Source: Azolla caroliniana (taxonomy: Eukaryota; Plantae; Polypodiophyta). From it: a DNA stretch of 64,000 nucleotides. Below the pieces are notes generated by a model. It worked only from the letters and a program-made list of their open reading frames with translations, was not told where the DNA came from and did no database searches. The DNA lies in NCBI GenBank assembly GCA_043228905.1, contig JBHGNT010000003.1, forward strand, positions 17,298,001-17,362,000. The letters are read 5' to 3'. This document shows, one piece after another, positions 1-11,703 of the stretch; position 1 is the first letter of the stretch, and every line of letters starts with the position of its first letter. A program made the position numbers and the translations under genes.

Positions 1-98
1 GAATCAACAAGTTGCTGACATCTTCACGAAGGCCCTTGGAACCGATAAGTTGCATCATTTTTCGGAGATGCTTGGTCTTCAACATCTCGACATGCCGT
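1..98 (+). mobile_element. 3' end of Ty1/copia pol (RNase H); continues at 7147 after the nested gypsy
   Basis: Frame from base 2 reads NQQVADIFTKALGTDKLHHFSEMLGLQHLDMP (ADIFTK RNase H motif) and rejoins ...HLRG at 7147-7161. Confidence 0.9.
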
Positions 99-607
99 TG
101 TCGTGAAGATTTTCGGCAACTGTGTGAAAATCACGTGGAAAGGAGAAAACCGAGAAGGTACAATGTGCACATGCATGAACGGGGTGATGGTTACACTCGT
201 ATATTAGCACATTATTGTGTACGTGGGTTTTGAACCTTACACCCCCAATATAGGAAACAATTAATATACCATTAGGCTAAGATGTTTCTTTAAAGTTTAT
301 TTTCATCATTCTACTTTTCACATGTAAATTCTCATACATGAGTGACATGGTCATCATGCATCACATCTTATGTATGAACACCAAATGGCAAATATGCATC
401 GCATGCATTCCATGCATTGTATGGATGTCTTGTACCCTCACATGCATCATATGCATGGGGGGAAGCTATAAAGAAAGAAAAAGAAAAAGGATGAGGGCAA
501 GCTATGTATTGAATGAAGAAACTGATAATTATAAAACTAGTTATTCTCATGGTGATGTATCTTGTCTCTCAAAACTAAAGGCAAGGGTTCAATATCTATC
601 TCAATCT

Positions 608-652
<45 letters not shown>

Positions 653-783
653 AATTGGAATCTTCGTCTCTCAATCTATCTTAAATACTTTCTCGCTAAA
701 GCTAATACAAACTTTGAATCCTTCCGGTCCAGGACCCCGGTGGTTCCGCTTCATTTCGCCAACACGTGAGGATTTCCTCGACA
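99..783 (+). repeat. 5' LTR of gypsy element
   Basis: TG...CA ends, direct repeat of 6405-7146, TATA-like ctataaa near 466, (CT)n at about 611-650. Confidence 0.92.
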
Positions 784-789
784 TCTCAT

Positions 790-807
790 TGGTGAACCCG
801 ACATGAA
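790..807 (+). promoter_or_regulatory. Primer-binding site complementary to tRNA-Trp 3' end
   Basis: TGGTGAACCCGACATGAA matches, with one mismatch, the reverse complement of the plant tRNA-Trp(CCA) 3' end (TGGTGAACCCGACGTGAA, recalled from memory). Confidence 0.75.
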
Positions 808-1793
808 GAATTGGTAGGAAGGATCAAGACGAGGATTGATCGATACTTGGAGATGGCATTATCAAGTGGGAGGTTCGAAAGGATGATGGTAATCATCAAA
901 CAAATGATGAGATCTCTACACAACGATGCGAGCGTGGAGAAGGTTGTCAACTGTGTCGTGGAGATCGAGGGTCAATTTTATGGAAGGAACATTAGGAGGT
1001 TCCTTGATGCATACAAAAGGGAGATGAATCAGAGGAACGTTGTGAAGCACGTCAAATCTCAAGTTTCAAGAGAGTTGTCGCCAACAACATCCAAAGGCGG
1101 GTCATCGAGCGTCAAAAAAGGAGGACAACATGGTTCGAGTTCGAGAAAGCAATATTAGTGGATTTTGCGATGGAAGATTTGTCAAGGATGACTTGACGTG
1201 TCTTGATGAAGTGGATAGAGAAGAAAAATAAGAAGATGAGTGCCTCGAGGTGATCTCTGACAACCACAAGGTGTTCGTGGATAAAAAGAGAAAAAGAATA
1301 GAAGGGCAAGATACCCCATCAAAAAAACATGAAACAAGGAGTGCAAAAAAGAAAGAAGATGCAAAAGCAAGTCGAGCTTTACGAACGGAGGATGGAGACT
1401 CAAGCCGGAAAGGGGAGTCGAGCAAACAAGTCAAAGAAACGGTGCCCATGAGGGTTGATGTCGAAGACCCCTCTCAGAAGAGAAGAACTATGCCTACCTA
1501 TAAGCTAAGGTCAGATCTAAAGAAGATTCTCAAGGAACATGTTCTTGATAGCTACGTGACCTTGTCCTTGAGGGAATTGCTCGGCATTACGAAGAAGGAG
1601 TTCCATGATACGATCGTGAACCTCGTAAAGAGAAAAAGGAAACAATCGGACGAGGAAGAAGAGAAGCCACTAAAAGCAAAAGAAAATGTCATAACGATGT
1701 CAAGGGAAGAAGTCGATAAAGATATGGTGGACAGCCACTATACTCGGCCTCATTGGGCCCAAGCGACGACGGAGACGCCAGTAAAGTTGGGAG

Positions 1794-2446
1794 CATAGAT
1801 TGACATATTCGCATTCGTCTGGTTTCCCATTCGAATGCAAACGAATACGAATACGAATGGACAGTCAAGTATTCGTTAAAACCCCCCTCCCCCAAAAAAA
1901 AAAAATTAAAAATTCCTAGGATAAAAAGAAAGGAACTTAACAATAAATAGGGATAATAAAAGAGGGACTTTGGGGACTTGACAATTCTAAAATTTTATAA
2001 TAAATGTATAACTTATAAGTATTCGTTTTATTTTTAATAAATAAATAAAATAAAATAAAGGCTCATTAATTTCTCACTTTTTATTTCCTCAAAATTTATG
2101 GATATTTTTATCTTAAAATTAAAAATAGTACTTCAAACTAATCATATCTTCAAAGTTCATATTAATTAGTAATCATATTTGTATAATAAATTTAAAAATA
2201 TTCGTTTTTAAACAATTAATTAATTAATTAAAATAAGTTTCATAAACTCTCTTGACACTATAATCTATTAATGAATAATTGTTTTTTTTTGTGAAATACA
2301 TTTATTTAAATAAATATATAAAATTTTTATATTTATTTTACAAAACGAATGGGTTTTTAATATTCTTGGGGCCATTTTGTATTCTCGAATATGGAGAATA
2401 TTGCGCATGGAGAATATCACGAATATCACGCATGTGTCAATCTATG
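1794..2446. mobile_element. Non-autonomous TIR DNA transposon (MITE-like), 8-bp TSD
   Basis: 12-bp perfect TIR CATAGATTGACA; TSD gttgggag at 1786-1793 and 2447-2454; AT-rich body with ATTCG/CGAAT subterminal motifs; excision restores gypsy protease PVKLG|ERKETVVALIDHG. Confidence 0.9.
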
Positions 2447-5400
2447 GTTGGGAGAGAGAAAAGAGACAGTCGTAGCTTTAATAGACCATGGGTTCGAGAT
2501 CAACCTTATGTTGATTAAGGTTTACAAAAAGGGAAGATGGCCCACAAATACAAATCATGGGTGGAAGATCCATGCAACAAAGAAAGCTATTGAACACTTG
2601 TATGATGCATGTCCTAATATCCCCATCACGATTGGCAACATCGAGATAGATCAACACTTTTTTGTTCAAGACTCAACATCTCATCCTATCATTCTAAGAC
2701 ACCCATACATAACATCGTCCCAGGTGGAAATCAAAGTGTTCGACAATGGTGCGGCATTTTCTCAAGTAAGGAGTCTTGATGGGAGGTCGTACAGTTCTTG
2801 ACTATACGTGCCAACCACGAAAGGAATCAGGATAGTCTCGGAGAAGATGCTTCAGATTTTTAGGGCAGGCTATTTGTGAGCGGGGTGTGAATAGTCCAAG
2901 CAATCGTATGCCCCAAGAAGAAAGAAAAGTTCGCAAATTTGTGAAAGGAGGGTTGTACATAGCCCCTAATGGAGTGTGCAAAATCAGCACATTTGATAAA
3001 GAAGAGAAGTCTTGGATGCAAAGCTTCGAGGAAGCTTTAAGAGAAGAACAAATATTGGAAAGAGATGAAAGCATTGAATGGGTTATGGAGGAAGCCTCAT
3101 TTAACGACACCACTGGTGAAATGGAGAATGTCGTGGACATGGGTCCTCGTAGCCAGCAATCAATTCAGTTAAACTCCATCGAGTTGTATGTTTCCATTGA
3201 TGAGTATAGTCGAAGTATCATGACAGAGAAAGTCCAAGTTAACACGAAATACGAGACAGTGCACAAGAAGGTAAAGCTTGTTGCTATTCCGCTACTTGAG
3301 GATAGTTGGCAAAGAATGAAGGAAGTTGCAAGAGATCCAAGAGGAATCGAACATGCCTTCACTAAGGAGACAAGAGAAAAGCTTCATGTTGGGAAAGACG
3401 AATTTCTCTTGCCAAAAGAGGAAGTCACATTTCGGGAAATGCTAGAAAGACATGGGAAAGCATTTGCATTCTATCCAAATGAAATCAGATGCGTTGATCC
3501 AAGGATAATAGAACCGATGGTGATATTCACAATACCACATGTGTTGTGGAACTTGAAGCCGATACCAATCCCAAGAATGTACATTTCGAAATTAATCAAG
3601 CTCTTGAAAGAGAAGGTTGAGATGGGAATTCTGGAGCCGTCGAATGCTCCTTACTCAAATAGGTGGTTCACGGTACCAAAGAAGAATGGAACCTTAGTTC
3701 ATACAAGATCTTCAACTAGTGAAAAAAGTGACGATCTGAAATGCCAGGATCGGTCCAAGTATCGATGAGTTCGCAGAAGCATTTGCAGGAAGGTTCATTT
3801 ATTCTATTGGTGATCCCTACTTAGGCTACAATTAATTTCAACTAGCAGTCGACAGCAGAGACATCACAACAATGAGGACCCCAATTGGATTGGTACGGAT
3901 GTGCACCCTACCTCAAGGTGCAACAAACTCTGTAGCACACGTGGTGAATGCCATGAACAAAGTACTAAGAGATTGCATCCCAGATATTACAATGCCTTTC
4001 CTCGATGATATCCCTATAAAAGGGTGCCCTAAATCAGAAAAGGACGAGTCTTTAGATCAAGATGGATGTCAAAGATTTGTTTGAAACCATATTGAAGATT
4101 GTAAGAGAGTGCTACAAAGACTAGAAGGAGCGGGGCTCACATTCTCTAGAGAAAAATTGGCATTCAGCCAATGCGAGGTCCTAGTAGTGGGACATCTTTG
4201 CGAACCATATGGATGGCAACCCTCTCTTGATGTTATTCAAGACATGCAAGATGAATGTATATCCCAGATAGAGGTGTGAAGATTCTTGGGAGTGTGTGCC
4301 TTTTATCATATCTTGATTCCGCACTATGCTCATGTCGCCAAGCCATTATATGGATTTCTAAAGAAAAGGAAGAAGTTTGAATGGCACGAGGAGCATACAA
4401 ATGCGATACGGAGATTGAAGAAACTACTTCTTGAAGCTCCAACACTAAGAAAGGTTGACTATACCGAAGGAAAGCTGATTTATGTGAAGGATACGAGCCC
4501 AACCGGAATCGGGTGGGTCATCAACCAAGAAGGAGAAGATAGTGCACGGTATGTCATCCGGTTCGAAGCAAAGATTCTCAGCGAACAACAGAAAGGATAC
4601 GCCCAACTCAAACGGGAACTTTGGGGTATTGTGTCTACGGTGAAGGTAGACAAGGACTACCTGATTGGGTCAGAAGTGATAATTGAGATGGATTATCTCC
4701 CAATCCATGGCATGATCTCAGGATGTGCGACACTAGATTTGGCTATGCTAAGGTGGATCGCCTATATCAAGTCTTTGAACCCAGAGATCTGCCACATTGC
4801 AGGAAAGAACAATGTCATGGCTGACATGCTGTTAGGGGCAAGATTCGAGAATGAAAGTGACATGGTTTCAGAAGATAAAGACGTCACCCTTGACTTCTTT
4901 AAGATGGCCCGACTATCGGCAGAAGATAAAGGCATGCCAAACCTCCACGCCTTCAACGATATGAGTATGAAGGAGAGTGGTTACTAATCGGCCGGTTCTT
5001 GAGAACAATGAGGGAGGATGCTTCGTGGACAAAGGAGGAGGCTCTACGAATCCGGAAGAAAGCTTACCAATACCTTCTAAAGGGAGGATTCCTCTAGCAC
5101 CACCCAAAGAGAAAGACAGGAACGCCATGTCAAGTAGTGGTGAACAGAGAGGACCAAGCGACGTTGATGTTAAAATTCCACGGGAGTCCTTGGGGTAGGT
5201 TATACAGGAACATGGGAGATGTTCGAAAAGTTGAAGGAGAAGTATTGGTGGCCGAGAATGTACAAATATATACTTCATTTCGTGACCACATGTGAAAACT
5301 ACCAAGTACATTCGAACATACGGCACCGTGATGAGTTACGACCGACATACCCACTCACCATACACTTCAAATGGATGGTGGATCTGGACTCAATGCCAAT

Positions 5401-6404
5401 GGGAGTGGGACAGATGAAGTACTTGGTAGTGGCAAGAGAAGACCTGAAAAATCAGGTAGAAGAACGAGCCTTGGCAAATAAGACGACGTTAGCCATTTGC
5501 AAATTTCTACTCGATGAGGTCGTCGGCCAATATGGATGTGTAGGAAAGTTAGTGGTTGGCCGAGGGGAGTTGGATGCACGCGAAGCAAGGGAGCTCTTCG
5601 AGCGGCTAGGCATGAAGCTCTCCCTCACAACTGCTTACAATCCGGAAGCAAATGGGAAGATCGAGTGAGAGCATCGACCAATAGTCAAAGCCATCTTAAG
5701 AGCATGTGACGATCAAATCAGGAACTGGCCGCGACTATTCCTCTACGCCTTGTGGGCCAACAGAACTATGCACAGTTCTGTGACAGGGTATATGCCAACA
5801 GAGCTTATGTATGGACAGAAGCCGGTAATGCCCATCAAAAGGACGATCGCCTAATTGGTAGCGATACCATGGGAGAATGAGATCAACCGAGAAGAATTAT
5901 TGGCGGCGCGGATAAGGCATCTTGAAAGAAGGCCCGAAGATCCAGAAAATGCACGAAAGATAATGGAGGCAAGCAAAGTGAAGAACAAGATTCGTTTCAA
6001 CAAGACACATCGACTGCGTCCCAAGAAGATCGAAGAAGGAGATTGGGTATTAGTCTACGACAACAGCCATGACAACCAACACAAGACAACAAGAAAGTTT
6101 GCAAGAAGGTGGTTCGGACCATATGTGGTGGCGAGTGCCAATGACAATGCCACCTACCACCTCGCGGAGCTAGACTGATCAAAGTTGGCCATGCCCATTG
6201 CATGGAAAAGAGTAAAGATCATCAAGAAAAGACAAGATGAGGGTCTTGACCTCGATGACCTCAACAATGAAGATGGTAGGGTGGAACCCGCAAACGTGAG
6301 CGAGGTCAATGAGGACGTGGAGGAATCGGATTGATCACCGTAGCCAAAATCTCACATTCTCTTCTTAGCAAGTACCGGAGGACATGCGGTTTGGTGGGGG
6401 TGGA

Positions 6405-7146
6405 TATCGTGAAGATTTTCGGAAACGGTGTGAAAATCATGTGGAAAGGAGAAAACCTAGAAGGTGCAATGTGCACATGCATAAAAGGGGTGATGGTTAC
6501 ACTTGTATATTAGCAAATTAATGTACACATGGGTTTTGAACCTTACACCCCCAAGATAGAAAACAATTGACATACCGCTAGGCTACGATGTTTCTTTGAA
6601 GTTTATTTTCATCATTGTACTCTTCATATGGGAATTCTCATAAATAAGAGCTTCGATGAGTGACATGGTCATCATGCATCACATGTGATGCATGAACACC
6701 AAATGGCAAACATGCATCACATGCATTCCATGCATTGTATGCATGTCTTTTACCCTCACATGCATCATATACATGGGGGCATCTATAAAGGAAGAAAAAG
6801 AAAAAGGATGAGGGCAAGCTATGTATTGAATGAAGAAACTGATAATAAAAAAACTAGTTATCCTAATGGTGATGTATCTTGTCTCTCAAAACTAAAGTCA
6901 AGGGTTCAATATCTATCTCAATCTCAATCTCTCTCTCTTTCAATCTATCTCAGAAATGAAATCTATGTCTCTCAATCTATCTTAAATACTTTCTCGCTAA
7001 AGCTAATACAAACTTCGAGTCCTTCCGGTAGAGACAATCTATCTTAAATACTTTCTCGCTAAAGCTAATACAAACTTCAAATCCTTCCGGTCCAAGACCC
7101 CGGTGGTTCTGCTTCATTTTGCGAACATGCGAGGATTTCCTCGACA
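6405..7146 (+). repeat. 3' LTR of gypsy element, with internal 62-bp tandem duplication (6973-7091)
   Basis: Direct repeat of 99-783, preceded by a purine tract. Confidence 0.92.
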
Positions 7147-8269
7147 CCACACTTGAGGGGGGGGACCAAAACTAGAACAGAAACCGAGAAAGCGGGAAAT
7201 GGCACTGGACAAGCTGCCGGAGAGAAGGAAAAAAACGTAGGGGGAGACAAGAAGAAAACCAGAGCCGAGTTGACTGAAGAAGTCAGCACATCCGAAGAAG
7301 TCATAACAAGCGACGACGGCAGTAGAGTCAAGGAGGACAGAGCCGACCGGAACGAGAAGGCCAACACCCCGACTTGGTTCAACATGGTGAAGGGCTTGAA
7401 GGTTAAAGGCGAGTTGGAGACAACCAACTCATTTAAGGAAGAAGACGAATCGGAGACAGCCGATTCAGTTGAGTGCAAAAATGAATCGGATGTACCCGAT
7501 TCAATCGAAATGTTCGATTCGTAGGAGCTAAATCTACGATGGGCCAAGCAGATGAAAAGGCAGCCAATGTCAACACCGACACGGAGGAACCAATGGCTCG
7601 AGAAGTGTCAGAGTCGCAACAACGATAAAGTTGAGATGGGTCTTATGAGAAGACAAAGACGACCGAGAAGGTCAAGGTGCCCGGAGCCGGACGCGTCGCA
7701 AGAAGCAGAGCCGGACCGGACAAGGAGTGCAAGCCAGGCGGGAGGACATTAGGAGGAGTCGGAGGAGAGGACCGTCTACCACAGACACAGACACTACAAT
7801 CCGACCCCAAGTTGAGTTTGAGGGGGAGTGTTGAGTGGACAAGCTCTACCGGATCCGAATCGGCTGAACAAACCAAAACTGGATTGGTGTCCGTATAGTA
7901 TCCAGAACCAGGACCCGAACCGGAGAACCAGATCAGATTGTAACTGGTAGGCTATTAGCCGGATCGGATTGTAATCGGTAGGTTGTTAGATGCTTACGAA
8001 TCTAGCCTAGTACGTAGGCATAGTTTTAGGAGTCAATGTCAGTCACTCGTATGAGCATTGAAGTACTTGTTAGTACTTCTATCAGTCCTTATAAGGACTT
8101 GTCTAAAATTGCTCACAGAGCACATTGTATGTACAGATTTTATGCTATTCTGCTCTCTCCGTCTCTCCCGTGAATTGTGTATTCCAAGCTTCCATTAAAC
8201 CTGTGTTTATTCTCTATTGTTATCCGGTGTAACCAGTTTTGTGAAAGCTTCCGCAGATTAACTTTTACA
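7147..8269 (+). mobile_element. Copia 3' region: in-frame Pol tail, PPT and 3' LTR (7829-8269)
   Basis: HLRGG continues into ORFs 7153-7524 and 7552-7752 (same frame); PPT ttgagggggag, then TGTTGAG...TTTTACA; LTR resembles 12115-12554 and 48019-48220. Confidence 0.8.
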
Positions 8270-9002
8270 CCGATTCGTCAAAAACGAGATCGTGGCTAAC
8301 TCTGACTTGCTTCAAGTAGGGGTTGTAGCACTTGTACCCTTTCTTCCCATCGGAGTAGCCAACCAAGATACACTTCTCGGCCGTGGCATCTAGCTTCTTC
8401 TGCTTTTGATCCAGCACAAGCACATGTGCAATGTTGCCAAATACCCAAAGGTGTGAAAATTTTGGCTTCCGCTCGAAGTACAGTTCGTGCGGCAACACCT
8501 TTGTCCCTGAGGCAAAAATCTAATTCTGTATCTAGACAGCTATCCAAATTGCTTTGGCCCAATAAATCCAAGGCATGTGGTTCTCCTCTAGCATTGCCCT
8601 CGTTGCTTCTACCAACATCCGATTCCGGCGTTCGGCAAACGCCATTCTGCTCCGGCGTGTATCTACAAGAGAATTCACGTTGGATTCCCTTGGTCTGTAG
8701 ATAACTTGTTAATTGGCCGGAAAAATATTCTTTTCCACCATCCAATCTCATACACTTTATCTTTCTTCCGGTTTCTAGTTCGACATGACTCTTTAGGTCC
8801 TGGAAACACGAGAAGACTTCGTTCTTTTTCTCGATCACGTAGATCCAGGTGTGTCAGCTGAAATCGTCAATGAAAGAGACGAAATATCGACTCCCGTCGA
8901 TGCTCACATTTTGTGTCAGTCCCCACACATCCGAGTGGATAAGATCAAGCTGATTCTAGCTCCGATTCTTCTTATTGGGGAATGGAAGCCTGTGTTGCTT
9001 CC

Positions 9003-9344
9003 TGTTATCGTACGGGATGTACGGGAGATGTAGAGTGTGATGAGCGAGGGTCGAATGCTATAATGTTGTTAATGTCTATGTGTTCACATACGTATCTACT
9101 CACAAAATAGTTACAAGAGGGTAGATACAAAGGGGTGTAAGCCCCCTTGGGCATTCACACTAGTCACGCACTCACGCCTTCTCGTATCCATCCACATGCA
9201 CACACATGTGCATGTGTTCACATACGTATCTACTCACACTCACAATTACGATTGTGCCCATCTACACATACACATTAACAACATTATAGCATTCGACCCT
9301 CACTCATCACACTCTACATCTCTCATACATCCCGTACGGTAACA
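9003..9344. mobile_element. 342-bp fold-back mini-element made from LTR sequence
   Basis: About 80-bp inverted arms (9003-9082 / 9265-9344, about 5 mismatches), TGTTA...TAACA ends, 5-bp TSD cttcc/tttcc; related to LTR at 53275-53679. Confidence 0.85.
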
Positions 9345-9415
9345 TTTCCCGAGCTAACAAGCTTCACAAATTTGGCCTTTCTGGCAACTAAACTTCGGCA
9401 GTCCGGAAACCACGT

Positions 9416-10304
9416 TGTCGAGGAAATCCTCACGTGTTAGCAAAATGAAGTAGGACCACCGGGGTCTTGGATATGAAGGATTCGATGATTTTAGCAATGT
9501 AAGCGGGAAAGTATTGAAGATAGATAGATAGATGGATGGGGGGAAAGAGAGATTGAGATAGAGAATGAACCCCTGACTTCAATTTTTTTAGAGAAAAGAT
9601 ACGTCACCAATCAGAGAACTGGATTTTATTATTGTTTTCTTAATTCAGTACATAGCTTGCTTCATCAATTCATTGATTGATTGATTCCCCCCCTTTTCTT
9701 TTTCCCCCACTCTTTTATAGATGCCCCCATGCATATGATGCATGTGAGGATGCAAGACATGCATGCGATGCATGTTTGCCATTTGGCGCTCATGCATTAC
9801 ATGTGATGCATGATAACCATGTCACTCATGCAAGCTCTCATGTATGAGATTACATATGAAAAAGTATAATGATGAAAATACAACTTTTAAAGAAATGACT
9901 TGGCTTTGTGGTAAGTCAATTGTGTTATGTAAGGGGGGGGGGAGTCGGTCAAAAAGCCGAAATGAGAGTCGGTTGGCCGAAATCAACTAAAAAACCGAAA
10001 TGTGAGTCGGTTGTCGAAATCGGTCAGAAAGCTAAAACCAAAGTCAGTTGGTTGAAATCAACCGGAAAGCCGAAACAAGATTATGTCTAACGTAGTCAAC
10101 CAAATAGAACTTCAAACGAACATACACATAAATATACACATACTCATATATTTGTGGGATAAGTTGGTATATATATAGAGAGAGTCGTATTAGCTACATA
10201 TATATGTGGGATAACTCCCTGAGAAAAAACAGTGAGAGAAGCGCAAAAGTGAACCTTCTCCTTTCCACGTGATTTTCACACCGTTATAGAAAATATTCAC
10301 AACA
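9416..10304 (-). repeat. Solo LTR related to the 99-783 family
   Basis: Reverse complement of both LTR ends and of the core promoter; 4-bp TSD acgt/atgt; extra degenerate tandem repeats at about 9943-10076. Confidence 0.88.
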
Positions 10305-11339
10305 ATGTATTTCGACTCCATCTCCTAAAGCTTCCGGAAGTTGATGTGGCCAATCCGCTTACCGCCACAGGTCGATGTCTGACGACCTTGCGTGATGATC
10401 CGGCCTTCCTCCTCGATGAAGCATCCGTGGTGAGTGAACCGCACCTGCATTCCTTGATCCACAATTTGGGCGATCGACACCAAATTCTTGGTTATCATTG
10501 GTACATGCAGGATGTTCCTCATGATTCCCTTTTGGCTGACATGACTAAGAGGGACATCCCCGATATGCTCGATGGGATGTGGGGTGTCGTCTCCAGATTC
10601 GACTACCCTCGACTTCTCAAGAAAGGAGAACCACTCTTTGTGGTTCTTCATGTGATTTGAAGCTCCGGAGTCCACGTACCAAACTTCTTCTGATTTCGAG
10701 TTAGGATCTCCCATCTGATTGGCTTCAGGCTTCATTATAAGGGACAGTCCTGACCCAGCTCTCTCCAAGCCTCTGGCAAAGTGTGATCGGTGACGCCTAT
10801 TTGTGTCACTCCGGCTCGATCTGGCCCTTTTTTTGCAACACTCACTCTCTCTATGGCCTTTCCGGCCACAATACCAACATTCTGTTTCGGCCTTTCCTTG
10901 CCGATTTCCAGCGCCACTATTACTCCCCCTATTTCCGGAGGGTCCAGAATTGTTGTTGGCATTTCGATTATGTGTTCGTTTTTGTTCTTGTTGGAGGCCT
11001 CCATTGCGTGCCGACTCTCCTCGTCCGCCACAACCATGGGGCCTCTCTTCCTCCGTGTACAACATCTCGTTGTCGGTGTGTGTACTCGTCGACACACCCA
11101 CGTAGTTCTCCTCTAAAAGGAGCATCGACTGTAAGTCGAAAAATGAAGGCGTATTCTCCCTTGCACATACCACCATCTGGAATGCTCCGATCTTTGACGC
11201 CAAGCCCCCGAGACAGACCTGCACCATCTAATCCTCCTTGATGGTCACGTTGGTGGAGGCAAGGGAGTCGTAGATCTCTTTAATCTAGGACGTGTAGTCG
11301 GCCTCTGACATGTCCTTCTTTCAGACATTTCTTAACTCT

Positions 11340-11703
11340 TGTCGGAATTACAAGTTCCGGTCCTTCATAATACAGGTATATAATGGACGTATTCACACTG
11401 TCCCACTAGGACAAACGAGGTTTAGGATATATTTGTAAATATATCAAAGGGTATTTCACTTAGCCTAGTTGGTATATAATTGGTTTTGTAACCTACTTCA
11501 ATAGTAGTTGATAGTATCATTCTTGTATTGGAACATTTGAATAAGATTGTTACATTGTGTGCCTCTCTGTCTCTCTCTCTAACATTCTATCTCTTTGGTC
11601 TTGATCATTGTTAAGTTGCCTTGCTAATCTTTGTCATCAACTTGATGATCTTCATCACATAGTGTTGTTGATGTTTCCGCACTTATGGCCTCAGTTTATA
11701 ACA
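11340..11703 (+). repeat. LTR (probably copia) without matching TSD
   Basis: TGTCGG...TATAACA ends; shares taatggac.tattcaca and tgtaaata..aaaggg motifs with 13504-13655; flanks actct/ggaag differ. Confidence 0.6.

Larger units (their letters stand above)
99..7146 (+). mobile_element. Full-length decayed Ty3/gypsy LTR retrotransposon (non-chromovirus, Phygy/Ylt1-like)
   Basis: LTRs 99-783 and 6405-7146 (TGTCGTG/TATCGTG...CTCGACA); PBS at 790; PPT about 6392-6404; 4-bp TSD ccgt/ccac. Gag remnants, protease LIDHGFEINLM, RT (PYSNRWFTVPKKNG, LPQGATNS, FLDD), RNase H (DTSPTGIGWV), integrase (AYNPEANGKIE, RWFGPY), with many stops and frameshifts. Confidence 0.93.
8270..11339 (-). mobile_element. 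Decayed Ty1/copia internal region (gag zinc knuckle, protease, GAG-pre-integrase, integrase) interrupted by two insertions
   Basis: CWYCGRKGHRESEC; WYVDSGASNHM; IGHINFRKL..CEAC*LGKQHRLPF; LIHSDVWG; DGGKEYF; TPEQNGV. Frame is contiguous across 9003-9344 and 9416-10304 once TSDs are removed. Confidence 0.9.

Noticed and set aside
338-769. ORFs within LTRs (338-769, 6685-7047, 22027-22485)
   Set aside because: Lie in LTR or microsatellite sequence; no protein motifs.
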